IMG/VR virus record: IMGVR_UViG_3300021426_000084
DNA length: 15,972 nucleotides
DNA from: a virus
Lineage: Duplodnaviria > Heunggongvirae > Uroviricota > Caudoviricetes
Reading direction: 5' to 3' (one strand)
Positions 1 to 6,950 of this stretch are shown piece by piece; within the stretch, counting starts at the first letter, position 1; every line of letters starts with the position of its first letter. A model generated the notes under the pieces. That model saw nothing but the letters and a program-made list of their open reading frames with translations, searched no databases and was not told the origin of the DNA. A program made the position numbers and the translations under genes.

Positions 1-126
1 GGTGCCGTTCGGCAGGCATTGAAAAAAGCCAAACAATGTCTGCATGAGGGTGTAATACATGGCCGGATTTATCTTGATGCCCCCAGCAGCAGCCCAATAG
101 GAAAATTGGCAAAAGTAATAGCATAA
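1..126 (+). CDS. 3' end of an upstream hypothetical protein (...GRIYLDAPSSSPIGKLAKVIA*), truncated by window edge
   Basis: Frame 1 is open from base 1 to TAA at 124-126, same strand as all other genes. Confidence 0.55.
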   Translation, partial: GAVRQALKKAKQCLHEGVIHGRIYLDAPSSSPIGKLAKVIA

Positions 127-179
127 AAAGTACATAGTGAGCATATCTTTGTATACGGGTGAAATTTACCGAGAACTTC

Positions 180-236
180 TTGACACATACCCATTGTCTT
201 GTTTATCTTGAGAACTTTGCTTCTCTCTGTTATAAT
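180..236 (+). promoter_or_regulatory. sigmaA/sigma70-type promoter(s) of the TA operon
   Basis: TTGAGA (208-213), 17 bp, TATAAT (231-236) with extended TG; a second possible TTGACA (180-185), 18 bp, TATCTT (204-209); 8-bp direct repeat GAGAACTT at 171-178 and 210-217. Confidence 0.75.
194..211 (+). repeat. Hairpin-less copy of the TTGTCTTGTTTNYYWTGA motif
   Basis: TTGTCTTGTTTATCTTGA, 17/18 identical to copies at 1468, 3718 and 5406; no triloop hairpin upstream. Confidence 0.7.
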
Positions 237-253
237 TAGAGTAGGTGAGAGTT

Positions 254-568
254 GTGAATATATCAAAAATAAGAAAGCTGTGTCTTCAATATGGCGTAAG
301 GATTTCTCGCCACGCCAGTGAACGACTGGACGAGAGAAATATAACCATAGACGAAGTAGAACAAACCATATTGTATGGTGAAGTTATAGAGGAACGTCCA
401 TGGAGTACGCCACTGCCATCATGTCTGATGTTTTATATACATATGAATGGGCGCCCTATCCATGTGGTTGTTGGGTTAGATGGTGACAATGATGAAATAT
501 CGCTTATAACAGCATATATTCCCAGTAGCGACAAATGGGAAGACGACTTTAAGACGAGGAGGAAATAA
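254..568 (+). CDS. DUF4258-family (RelE/BrnT-like) putative toxin
   Basis: Motifs SRHASERLDERNITIDEV, SCLMF...GRPIHVVVG, LITAYIPSSDKW...KTRR are typical of DUF4258; GTG 254 has an AGGTG RBS (ORF track start 245 lacks one); coupled to a YgiT-type zinc finger gene. Confidence 0.85.
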   Translation: MNISKIRKLCLQYGVRISRHASERLDERNITIDEVEQTILYGEVIEERPWSTPLPSCLMFYIHMNGRPIHVVVGLDGDNDEISLITAYIPSSDKWEDDFKTRRK

Positions 569-569
569 C

Positions 570-794
570 ATGACTTGTGCAACTTGCGGCGGCAGCATAA
601 ATGGTGATAAGCTCACTGTATACTATGCGCATTATAATGGTTATCTGATATCTATAAAGAATGTTCCTGGAGCAGTATGCCCACAGTGTGGAGAAGTATG
701 GTATAAGTCTCCTGTGTTGAAGCGGGTAAAGGCTCTTATTGAAGAAGCTAAAAAGACAATAGACAGCAATATTGTCATGGATTACGCGGCGTAA
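570..794 (+). CDS. YgiT/MqsA-type zinc-finger protein, putative antitoxin (no HTH)
   Basis: CxxC (CATC) ... NVPGAVCPQCGEVWY motif; GAGGAGG RBS inside the toxin 3' end; ends DYAA. Confidence 0.85.
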   Translation: MTCATCGGSINGDKLTVYYAHYNGYLISIKNVPGAVCPQCGEVWYKSPVLKRVKALIEEAKKTIDSNIVMDYAA

Positions 795-828
795 AATATG
801 CGTCCGTTGTGATGTGGTTACTACCGTT

Positions 829-863
829 GTCTGCTCCGCAGACGATTGTCTTGTTTCTTATGA
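829..863 (+). repeat. Triloop hairpin + conserved tail, copy A
   Basis: GTCTGC-TCC-GCAGAC (829-843), then TTGTCTTGTTTCTTATGA at 846. Confidence 0.85.
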
Positions 864-881
864 ATAACTAAAAATAACATG

Positions 882-916
882 TAAGCTCCAGTCTGTATGG
901 CTGGGGCTTATTTTAT
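882..916 (+). terminator. Terminator-like RNA hairpin with U-tract
   Basis: TAAGCTCCAGTC / GGCTGGGGCTTA 12-bp stem with G-U pairs, followed by TTTTATT. Confidence 0.55.
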
Positions 917-942
917 TGCCTGTAAAGGAGATGTGTATAAAT

Positions 943-1422
943 ATGTTACTCAATAAAATGACTGCACATGAAAGAAAGGCTCTGTTTGGATTGTGTGCTT
1001 TAATGCTGCATAATGCCATGGCTAATTCTGAGGCATTTGTAGTGCCCCTAGCTATAAGAGGGTGTATTACTTCTGATGTACTTGGTCTGTTAAAAGCAGA
1101 GTGGGTAGACGGAAGGAAAATGCGCGCCCAAAATGTTAAGGGCGTTACCCCTCAGCAGGTAGCCATGGCCATGGTAAAGGCAGATGTCGTCGAGGTGCCC
1201 CAGGTGGCAACGGGGCCTTCGGCCGAGGAGGGAATGAAACCCCAGCTGGATAGTGAATCTGTCCTGAGCGCCGGGGCTGTATTTACTACGGCATCGAAGC
1301 GCAAGTACAAGGTTGTCACCAAGTTTGACCTCGCCGAGTATCTTGCATCTTCTCCTGCAAACAAATGCCGTATCATCGCTGGTGCGGTAAAAGACTGTGC
1401 CATCGAGAAAGTTGCCGCATAA
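943..1422 (+). CDS. Hypothetical protein, C-terminal ...KVAA
   Basis: ORF 916-1422; AAGGAG at 925-930 makes ATG 943 the likelier start. Confidence 0.7.
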   Translation: MLLNKMTAHERKALFGLCALMLHNAMANSEAFVVPLAIRGCITSDVLGLLKAEWVDGRKMRAQNVKGVTPQQVAMAMVKADVVEVPQVATGPSAEEGMKPQLDSESVLSAGAVFTTASKRKYKVVTKFDLAEYLASSPANKCRIIAGAVKDCAIEKVAA

Positions 1423-1447
1423 CATCGAGCTATTCAGTTAGTGTCTC

Positions 1448-1485
1448 ATCGCCCTCCGGGCGATAGGTTGTCTTGTTTATTTTGA
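1448..1485 (+). repeat. Triloop hairpin + conserved tail, copy B
   Basis: ATCGCCC-TCC-GGGCGAT (1448-1464), TTGTCTTGTTTATTTTGA at 1468. Confidence 0.85.
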
Positions 1486-1520
1486 ATATGTTTTTTTGTT
1501 TTTTACAGGAGGAAATCAAT

Positions 1521-1799
1521 ATGTTTGACGTAAAAGAGCTTAACAAGAAGATTAAAGAGATTGGCGTTGATAAAATCAGATATATTGCCGAGGAGGAAGA
1601 TGGCGGCAATGAATGGAGCTCCTATATCGATCTCGACGACAGCAACGCAAAACAATACTTCGGTTTTGACCTTAAGACCGAGTCTTTCCAGGATAACATA
1701 ACGGAATCATGGGAAGGTTATCGTATTGACCCCAGCCCGTTTGACGGTATGTTCGATATTGTCTTCTATGGGTACGGCACGGCATATCAGTTGGATTGA
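1521..1799 (+). CDS. Small acidic, aromatic-rich hypothetical protein (92 aa)
   Basis: AGGAGG RBS before ATG 1521; 21 D/E vs 9 K/R. Confidence 0.8.
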   Translation: MFDVKELNKKIKEIGVDKIRYIAEEEDGGNEWSSYIDLDDSNAKQYFGFDLKTESFQDNITESWEGYRIDPSPFDGMFDIVFYGYGTAYQLD

Positions 1800-1827
1800 C
1801 ATCGAGGTTTCTTAGGTAAAGACAGCT

Positions 1828-1862
1828 GTTCGCTCCGCGAACGGTTGTCTTGTTTTTCATGA
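1828..1862 (+). repeat. Triloop hairpin + conserved tail, copy C
   Basis: GTTCGC-TCC-GCGAAC (1828-1842), TTGTCTTGTTTTTCATGA at 1845. Confidence 0.85.
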
Positions 1863-2196
1863 GAGATTGTTCCTGACGTGTAGGAGAAGTACTGGAATGC
1901 TTCCGACACTTACAGATGGAACGGTTATGTGTACAGGAAGAATGTTCCAGCATTCTCGACACTTGCGCAAAACCAGGAGAGGTCGTTATGGCTTCTCACA
2001 GATGATATCAGATATTAGAACTCAATAATATTCTGGTGTCATGTGTGAGCAGTCCTAAGGCAAGGGATTGCCCCCTCCTATAGTAAAAAACAAAAGGGGA
2101 GGTTCCCAAACATACCGTTTGGGGCCTTCTCAAAGTCATGATATTTTTCTTCTCCGGGCAAGCTGATTTTGTGGTTTGCCCGGTGTTTTCTTTTTT
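1863..2196 (+). ncRNA. Candidate structured ncRNA or leader (family not recognised)
   Basis: No credible ORF; nested stems 1871-1978, ~23-bp stem 1995-2049, GGCAA-GGGA-TTGCC (GNRA loop) 2059-2072, CCCAAAC/GTTTGGG 2105-2123, terminator at the end; G-U pairs favour the + strand. Confidence 0.4.
2154..2196 (+). terminator. Intrinsic terminator-like hairpin
   Basis: CCGGGCAA / TTGCCCGG stem followed by TGTTTTCTTTTTT. Confidence 0.65.
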
Positions 2197-2249
2197 ATCA
2201 TGTTTTTGAGAAGGTTTGTTTTTCTCTATAACAGAAAGGAAGAGTAGCT

Positions 2250-2657
2250 ATGACTATCTATGTTGTGGAATCTGAAATATACTATGACGGAACTCCTGAA
2301 GTGAATATCGAACAGGTATTTGCCGCCCGCAAGGACGCAGAAGTGTTCGTGGCAAAAGCAAATGCTTTTAATGCCGTGCTGTCAAACAAACCATGTTTAC
2401 GCATTATAGAGCATGAGGTTGCAGAAAGTGAAAACTTCCAGCCGCAAAACATTTGCGTGTCTATCTGGGAAGCAGAAAATGGTTCGCTTTCAAGACCATA
2501 TGTGTTTGCAACGGCAAAAGATGTGCATCCTATGGAGCGCGAGGAAGAGCCGAACTGTATAAACTACGCCGCCAGTTGGAGGGGAGTGTTCCCTTATCAG
2601 GAAGGCGTGACCAAAGAAGAACTGGTAAAAAAGGCCTTCGGCCAGTGCAAAAAATAA
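2250..2657 (+). CDS. Hypothetical phage-type protein
   Basis: GAAAGGAAG RBS; N-terminus IYVV...QVFAARKDAE resembles a common small phage beta-alpha domain. Confidence 0.75.
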   Translation: MTIYVVESEIYYDGTPEVNIEQVFAARKDAEVFVAKANAFNAVLSNKPCLRIIEHEVAESENFQPQNICVSIWEAENGSLSRPYVFATAKDVHPMEREEEPNCINYAASWRGVFPYQEGVTKEELVKKAFGQCKK

Positions 2658-2670
2658 AGGAGCGCAAGCA

Positions 2671-3102
2671 ATGACAAAAGAGGAATTAAGAGACAAACTC
2701 AATGAAGAGCGTGGCTCGATGACAGGGCTCTGCTCCACCGAGCTTGCTTTGGAAGTATGTAATATGGTGTTGAGTGAATGCAGCGCGCCCATGTTTGCAG
2801 GAAACGATATTGCAGAAACCGAAGTGGGCAGTCTTGCCATAAGCTTTGAGGCAAGGGAATTTAGTGGCTGGCTCCGTGAGTATGCCAGTGCAGACATGTC
2901 GCTTTGCACGGCAGAAAAAGTGAGCAGGCTACTGGAATACTTCGGTATCAACAACACCGTATGGTATGCCTACAAGGGAGTTCGCCAAAAAGACTTCCGG
3001 CATATCAGTCTGCCCATGTCCAGAATCCGCGAGGAATATCCATATCTTTGGAAAACCTGGAGTGGAGAGCCCATTTATTCAGAGAAAAATGGTGTAGCGT
3101 AA
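2671..3102 (+). CDS. Hypothetical protein (ends ...GVA)
   Basis: AAGGAG RBS; operonic with 2250-2657. Confidence 0.75.
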   Translation: MTKEELRDKLNEERGSMTGLCSTELALEVCNMVLSECSAPMFAGNDIAETEVGSLAISFEAREFSGWLREYASADMSLCTAEKVSRLLEYFGINNTVWYAYKGVRQKDFRHISLPMSRIREEYPYLWKTWSGEPIYSEKNGVA

Positions 3103-3122
3103 AATAGAAAGGGAGATATGCC

Positions 3123-3518
3123 ATGAAAAAGTATGCATTGAAAATCGTCCGTAATAATGTTATGATAATTCCTGTTTGGGACGTAACCTACGGCAAGTTT
3201 GCTACGCTTGCCTACGAGCTGGTTATCCATCATTATCTTCCGGGCTCCTTTGACCGCTGGGAGATAGTATCGCGGCATGGTTGCACTACGAAGTACAAGG
3301 ACAAACTTACCGGAGAAACAGCTTATAGTTGGCTGATGAAAAACGGCAAGATTGTGTCGGACTTCGATGAGGAAGATAAGCCGCAGAGCAAACCATTCAC
3401 GGTATTTGCTAATGGCAAAGCTGTAGGGTGCGACAGTGTTCAGCAGGCCGCCCGCATGGCTGTCAATGCAATCTTTGACCGTATCCACCGCCCGGCCATT
3501 ATGCGCCGCGCATCATGA
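3123..3518 (+). CDS. Hypothetical protein (ends ...RRAS)
   Basis: AAAGGGAG RBS; operonic spacing. Confidence 0.75.
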   Translation: MKKYALKIVRNNVMIIPVWDVTYGKFATLAYELVIHHYLPGSFDRWEIVSRHGCTTKYKDKLTGETAYSWLMKNGKIVSDFDEEDKPQSKPFTVFANGKAVGCDSVQQAARMAVNAIFDRIHRPAIMRRAS

Positions 3519-3536
3519 TTTAGGAGGAATTGGAAA

Positions 3537-3692
3537 ATGGAAGTCTGGATAGTTTTACTCTTTCTTGCAAGTATCTTGTATTTTGTCATTCTCATTGGCT
3601 GGGTAATTCTGTCAGCCATTTGGGAAAGTATTCAGGAAACCTACTTTCCCAAGAAAGAATCCCGCGACAACAGAAAGAGATATACCCACTGA
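3537..3692 (+). CDS. Small single-pass membrane protein, 51 aa (MEVWIVLLFLASILYFVILIGWVILSAIWESIQETYFPKKESRDNRKRYTH)
   Basis: Not in the ORF track; AGGAGG 3523-3528 is 8 nt before ATG 3537; ~27-residue hydrophobic stretch then a charged tail; the track ORF 3530-3760 is in a different frame. Confidence 0.75.
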   Translation: MEVWIVLLFLASILYFVILIGWVILSAIWESIQETYFPKKESRDNRKRYTH

Positions 3693-3700
3693 CTGCCGTT

Positions 3701-3735
3701 TCGCCCTCCGGGCGATATTGTCTTGTTTATTTTGA
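3701..3735 (+). repeat. Triloop hairpin + conserved tail, copy D
   Basis: TCGCCC-TCC-GGGCGA (3701-3715), TTGTCTTGTTTATTTTGA at 3718. Confidence 0.85.
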
Positions 3736-3774
3736 GATGATTTTTTTGGACGCATTGTGAAAGGAGCGTTTATC

Positions 3775-3924
3775 ATGAAAAAGACGTACATCTCGATTGA
3801 ATGGGGCGACCAGAGAACACGGTTTGAAAGAGCCGAGGCAATCAGAAAAGCCTTGGAGCTTGTAGCTCGTAAGGCACAAAAACCAAATACGCTGGAAGAA
3901 AAAGCCGCCCGCAAAGCGGCTTAA
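3775..3924 (+). CDS. Small basic protein, 49 aa (MKKTYISIEWGDQRTRFERAEAIRKALELVARKAQKPNTLEEKAARKAA)
   Basis: Not in the ORF track; AAGGAG 3761-3766, ATG 3775, TAA 3922-3924; ends AA like its neighbours. Confidence 0.75.
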   Translation: MKKTYISIEWGDQRTRFERAEAIRKALELVARKAQKPNTLEEKAARKAA

Positions 3925-3975
3925 TTTTTTTGCCCGAAAATATTTGTGTAGTTTTGGAAAAGGAGAATGAACACC

Positions 3976-4374
3976 ATGGAAATGAAAATGTATTTTAACG
4001 CTAAAGAAATGCTCGCCGTAAAGAAGCTGATGGAATCCTTCGGCCAGACCTTTGTCCGTGAAGACCAGTATGAGGTAGATGGCCCCATTCGCTTCAGCGT
4101 GAACCATGTAGATGGCGAGGCTATTGTCACCATTGCCAGCAACGACAATTTCTTCTGCGATGTGCTGGGTATCTTCAGCCGCAACGCCGGTCTCATCAAG
4201 AACGTAATCGGCGTTGGCAAGAGTCTGTTCGAACTCTGCAAGAGCACGGTAAACATCCTGGAGGGTGAGCTTGATACAGTATGCAAGAAGTACCGCACTC
4301 CGGTCAAAGATGAACACATTAAACCGTACGGCAGTTTTACTACTGAGCCGGTAATCGACAAAGAGGCCGCGTAA
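3976..4374 (+). CDS. Hypothetical protein, C-terminal ...KEAA
   Basis: AAGGAG 3960-3965 fits ATG 3976 better than 3967. Confidence 0.8.
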   Translation: MEMKMYFNAKEMLAVKKLMESFGQTFVREDQYEVDGPIRFSVNHVDGEAIVTIASNDNFFCDVLGIFSRNAGLIKNVIGVGKSLFELCKSTVNILEGELDTVCKKYRTPVKDEHIKPYGSFTTEPVIDKEAA

Positions 4375-4421
4375 AAACTCGCGTCGCTTGCTGTTGATTT
4401 TTTAGAAGACGAAGGGACTGA

Positions 4422-4601
4422 ATGTATATGAAAAGATTTATCAAATGGTATTTAGGAGACGACAAGGCAGTAAGTGACGAGAAGGTTTTGGCCCGCCGGC
4501 AGAAATTTGTCGGTGGAGCCAAGGCCATAGCAGAACAGGCAGTAGACGTGATTGCAACCGGCGCGGTTGTATTCTACGCCGTCGCAAGAAACATTCGTTA
4601 A
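4422..4601 (+). CDS. Small protein, 59 aa (MYMKRFIKWYLGDDK...TGAVVFYAVARNIR), hydrophobic C-terminal segment
   Basis: Not in the ORF track; GAAGGGA RBS 4411-4417; fills the gap between neighbouring genes. Confidence 0.65.
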   Translation: MYMKRFIKWYLGDDKAVSDEKVLARRQKFVGGAKAIAEQAVDVIATGAVVFYAVARNIR

Positions 4602-4620
4602 GAAAGGCAGGTTGCTAATC

Positions 4621-4788
4621 ATGTTCAATACAAATGCAAACACAGAAAAAATCCGTAAACATAACCGCATCTACAGCGAAGGCCGCGAAGCAAGAATGCT
4701 TCGTGACCGCGCCAAGCGGAAGATGACCCGCAGGGACTATGACCGCCTTGCGGAAGAAAAGTATGCCGAGTATAAAATAGCGGCATAA
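4621..4788 (+). CDS. Small basic helical protein, 55 aa, C-terminal ...KIAA
   Basis: AGAAAGGCAGG upstream of ATG 4621 (track start 4552 overlaps the previous ORF). Confidence 0.7.
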   Translation: MFNTNANTEKIRKHNRIYSEGREARMLRDRAKRKMTRRDYDRLAEEKYAEYKIAA

Positions 4789-4863
4789 CCGATATTTTGG
4801 CTGGAGACGCCGCAAGTAATTATCCTCTTGTCTGGATAGTGCCGTCTTCGTCCAAATTCCACT

Positions 4864-4896
4864 TCGCCCTTCGGGCGACATTGCTTTGTTTTTATG
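4864..4896 (+). repeat. Triloop hairpin + conserved tail, copy E (variant tail)
   Basis: TCGCCC-TTC-GGGCGA (4864-4878), TTGCTTTGTTTTTATG at 4881. Confidence 0.8.
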
Positions 4897-4900
4897 GGTT

Positions 4901-4956
4901 CCTGGCGCTCCCCAACCCCCTATGGGCTTCCCCTATGCGTCAGGGGCCTATTTTTT
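4901..4956 (+). terminator. Terminator-like hairpin with U-tract before the 4978 gene
   Basis: CCTGGCGC / GCGTCAGG stem with a large loop, T6 at 4951-4956. Confidence 0.4.
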
Positions 4957-4977
4957 ATCAAAGAAAGGAAATGACCT

Positions 4978-5247
4978 ATGGTATTTCAGAATGACCTGGA
5001 AAGTGTATTCCCTGAAAGCTACTACCGGTTCTTGCCGGCCAAGAGACTGACCACTCTTTGCGATAGCTTCCATATCGTAAGTGACGGCAGTGAACTTGAC
5101 GTTATCCGCAGGGACACCCTTGAAGGAAACGTCGTAACAACCGCCCGCCTTAAAAGCGAGGCCGGCGAGACTATCTTCTTCACCGCCCATACCACCTATG
5201 GTGACTTACTGCATCTTGTGGACAAAGAGGCAGAGGCCGCCGCATAA
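4978..5247 (+). CDS. Hypothetical protein, C-terminal ...EAEAAA
   Basis: GAAAGGAA RBS 7 nt upstream. Confidence 0.8.
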   Translation: MVFQNDLESVFPESYYRFLPAKRLTTLCDSFHIVSDGSELDVIRRDTLEGNVVTTARLKSEAGETIFFTAHTTYGDLLHLVDKEAEAAA

Positions 5248-5388
5248 ACCCCCACCTTGGCAAAAAAAGAGGAGCTTTGAGCCCCTCATAGTACGTCGAA
5301 GAATGTTTGTTGCCTCCTACATTTTTCGGCGCACTATGAAAGGCTTGAATCCCAAAGTAAAAATCCCCTTTCCAAGAACAGAACTCTT

Positions 5389-5423
5389 GTCTGCTTCGCA
5401 GACGATTGTCTTGTTTATTTTGA
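5389..5423 (+). repeat. Triloop hairpin + conserved tail, copy F
   Basis: GTCTGC-TTC-GCAGAC (5389-5403), TTGTCTTGTTTATTTTGA at 5406. Confidence 0.85.
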
Positions 5424-5618
5424 GAGGATTTTTCCGCCCGCATACATACAGATTATATAACTAACTTACGTCTGTCTCCTGTAAGCAGGGCTGAGCTGAT
5501 TTTATCCTTTCACCGTCGTAGCCCCAGAAAACGGACAGTAGTCCAGAAATGTTCATTTGTAGCCCGCTGAAGCGAAATGCTGATAAAAAGCGGGATAAGA
5601 AAAAGGAGTGTTTTATTT

Positions 5619-6548
5619 ATGGCAAACGTAAATGAAATGATTAAGGCAGAAGCAAACAAGGTATCCCGCCGCGAAGCATTGATGGCAAACCTCGATAAGC
5701 AGATGGAGGCAACCAATGTGCTGACGGAAAAAGCCCGCGCAAAACGCGAGGAGGAACTCAAGAACAACACGGTTATCATGAGTGTCGTCAGTTCCCGGGG
5801 TTACGTCGGTCTGGTTGCCGGCGATATTGCCCAGGAAATCGTTGAGCCCGCTGTTGTGGCCAAGGCCGTAAACAAGAAGACGGGTGAAGTTATGACCGCG
5901 CCCGTTGCGACGTTGAATGGCGTGCGTCAGGCTCTCCATAAGGCCGCAGAGTATGGCAAAGACCATCTGGTTCTTTATGTCAATGACTTTGAGGCTCGCC
6001 GCATTTCCGGCATGCTCAACCGCATTGGTAAGGGTTCGAACGAAGTGCTCACGGCAAAAGAAGTTGAACACATTTCCAGCCCGACCAATGCCAGCAAGTA
6101 TGGCAACAGCTACATTGCCTATGCGAAAGGCGTATTCCTCGACCTGAAGGCGGCGCTCGAAAAGTTTAAGTCCATTCGCGTGATGGGCCACAACGCCATC
6201 TTTGGCTGGGAACTGAAGTACAGCAATCTGCCGCTGGATATGGAAAACATGGAGCTGACCTTCAGCAAAGGTTTTGCGTCCACGACCTTTAAGGGGCGCA
6301 ATTATCGCATCAGCCTTGCTTCCGGCTTCAAGCTCAATGGCAAGCACAAACTGGTAAAAGCCAATGGTTCTTTGGTGGTTGGCCGTGAAATCAAAGAAGG
6401 CTCCGAGCAGGAAACCGCCCGTGACCTGTTGTCCATTGTCAACAAGACGATTATCATCAAGGACAACACGGACCGCAGTGAAGCCATTGTGAATGAAGGT
6501 GCAGGCATCGACGCTCCGGCTGAAGAAGCCATCGATTTCGCCGCATAA
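5619..6548 (+). CDS. Hypothetical protein with a possible degenerate RNase H-like domain, C-terminal ...DFAA
   Basis: AAAGGAG RBS before ATG 5619; segment ATLNGVRQALHKAAEYGKDHLVLYVND ... KAALEKFKSIRV resembles the RNase HI helix A/strand 4 pattern (by eye only). Confidence 0.8.
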   Translation: MANVNEMIKAEANKVSRREALMANLDKQMEATNVLTEKARAKREEELKNNTVIMSVVSSRGYVGLVAGDIAQEIVEPAVVAKAVNKKTGEVMTAPVATLNGVRQALHKAAEYGKDHLVLYVNDFEARRISGMLNRIGKGSNEVLTAKEVEHISSPTNASKYGNSYIAYAKGVFLDLKAALEKFKSIRVMGHNAIFGWELKYSNLPLDMENMELTFSKGFASTTFKGRNYRISLASGFKLNGKHKLVKANGSLVVGREIKEGSEQETARDLLSIVNKTIIIKDNTDRSEAIVNEGAGIDAPAEEAIDFAA

Positions 6549-6566
6549 GCAAATACATGCAAAAAG

Positions 6567-6604
6567 ACTGGGCTGTCAGCAGTTGATGGCCCAGTTTGTT
6601 TTTA
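6567..6604 (+). terminator. Intrinsic terminator-like hairpin
   Basis: ACTGGGCTGTCA / TGATGGCCCAGT stem followed by TTGTTTTTA. Confidence 0.6.
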
Positions 6605-6629
6605 TCGTCAAGAAAGGACGGAAACCAAA

Positions 6630-6920
6630 ATGATTATGAACAAAGTATGCCCGAAACATATCGTATTCCCGAAATCCAACCGTGCCAATTCCAAAGTAAA
6701 CTGGAGTCTTACCAAGAACCTCCCCAATGGCTGGGTAAATATCTCCGCCAAAATCCCCCAGACTTGTCTGGATAAATACGGCTTTATCAGCCGCGACGTA
6801 ATCAATTTGCTCCGCACTCCATGCGCAGACAGCCGGTTTAAGCTTCGTTCGCTGTACAGAGTGGAGGTCAGCTATGACTACCACCTTATCGAAGACGCAG
6901 TTATGCCGGTTGCCGCTTGA
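6630..6920 (+). CDS. Hypothetical protein, C-terminal ...PVAA
   Basis: AGAAAGGA RBS; 96 aa. Confidence 0.75.
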   Translation: MIMNKVCPKHIVFPKSNRANSKVNWSLTKNLPNGWVNISAKIPQTCLDKYGFISRDVINLLRTPCADSRFKLRSLYRVEVSYDYHLIEDAVMPVAA

Positions 6921-6950
6921 TAGTCGGTTGCCCCTTGAGGAGGGATTTTA

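Noticed and set aside
1960-2075. c-di-GMP-I or SAM riboswitch similarity (GCAAAACC...)
   Set aside because: The downstream GACGCAAAGC-type and other core motifs are absent
3530-3760. Track ORF MENGSLDSF...
   Set aside because: It is in a different frame from the well-supported 3537-3692 membrane peptide and runs through repeat copy D
829-5423. CRISPR array or integron attC array
   Set aside because: Spacing is irregular (0.4-1.9 kb) with whole genes between copies, stems differ in sequence, there are no cas genes, and there are no RYYYAAC/GTTRRRY boxes around the hairpins
846-5434. TTGTCT of the repeat tail as a sigmaA -35 box
   Set aside because: At 17-bp spacing the hexamers are TAAAAA, TTTTTT, TGTTCC, TTTTTT and TTTTTC, so there is no consistent -10 box
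6808-6816. TGC-TCC-GCA mini-hairpin
   Set aside because: 3-bp stem inside a coding sequence with no tail; consistent with chance
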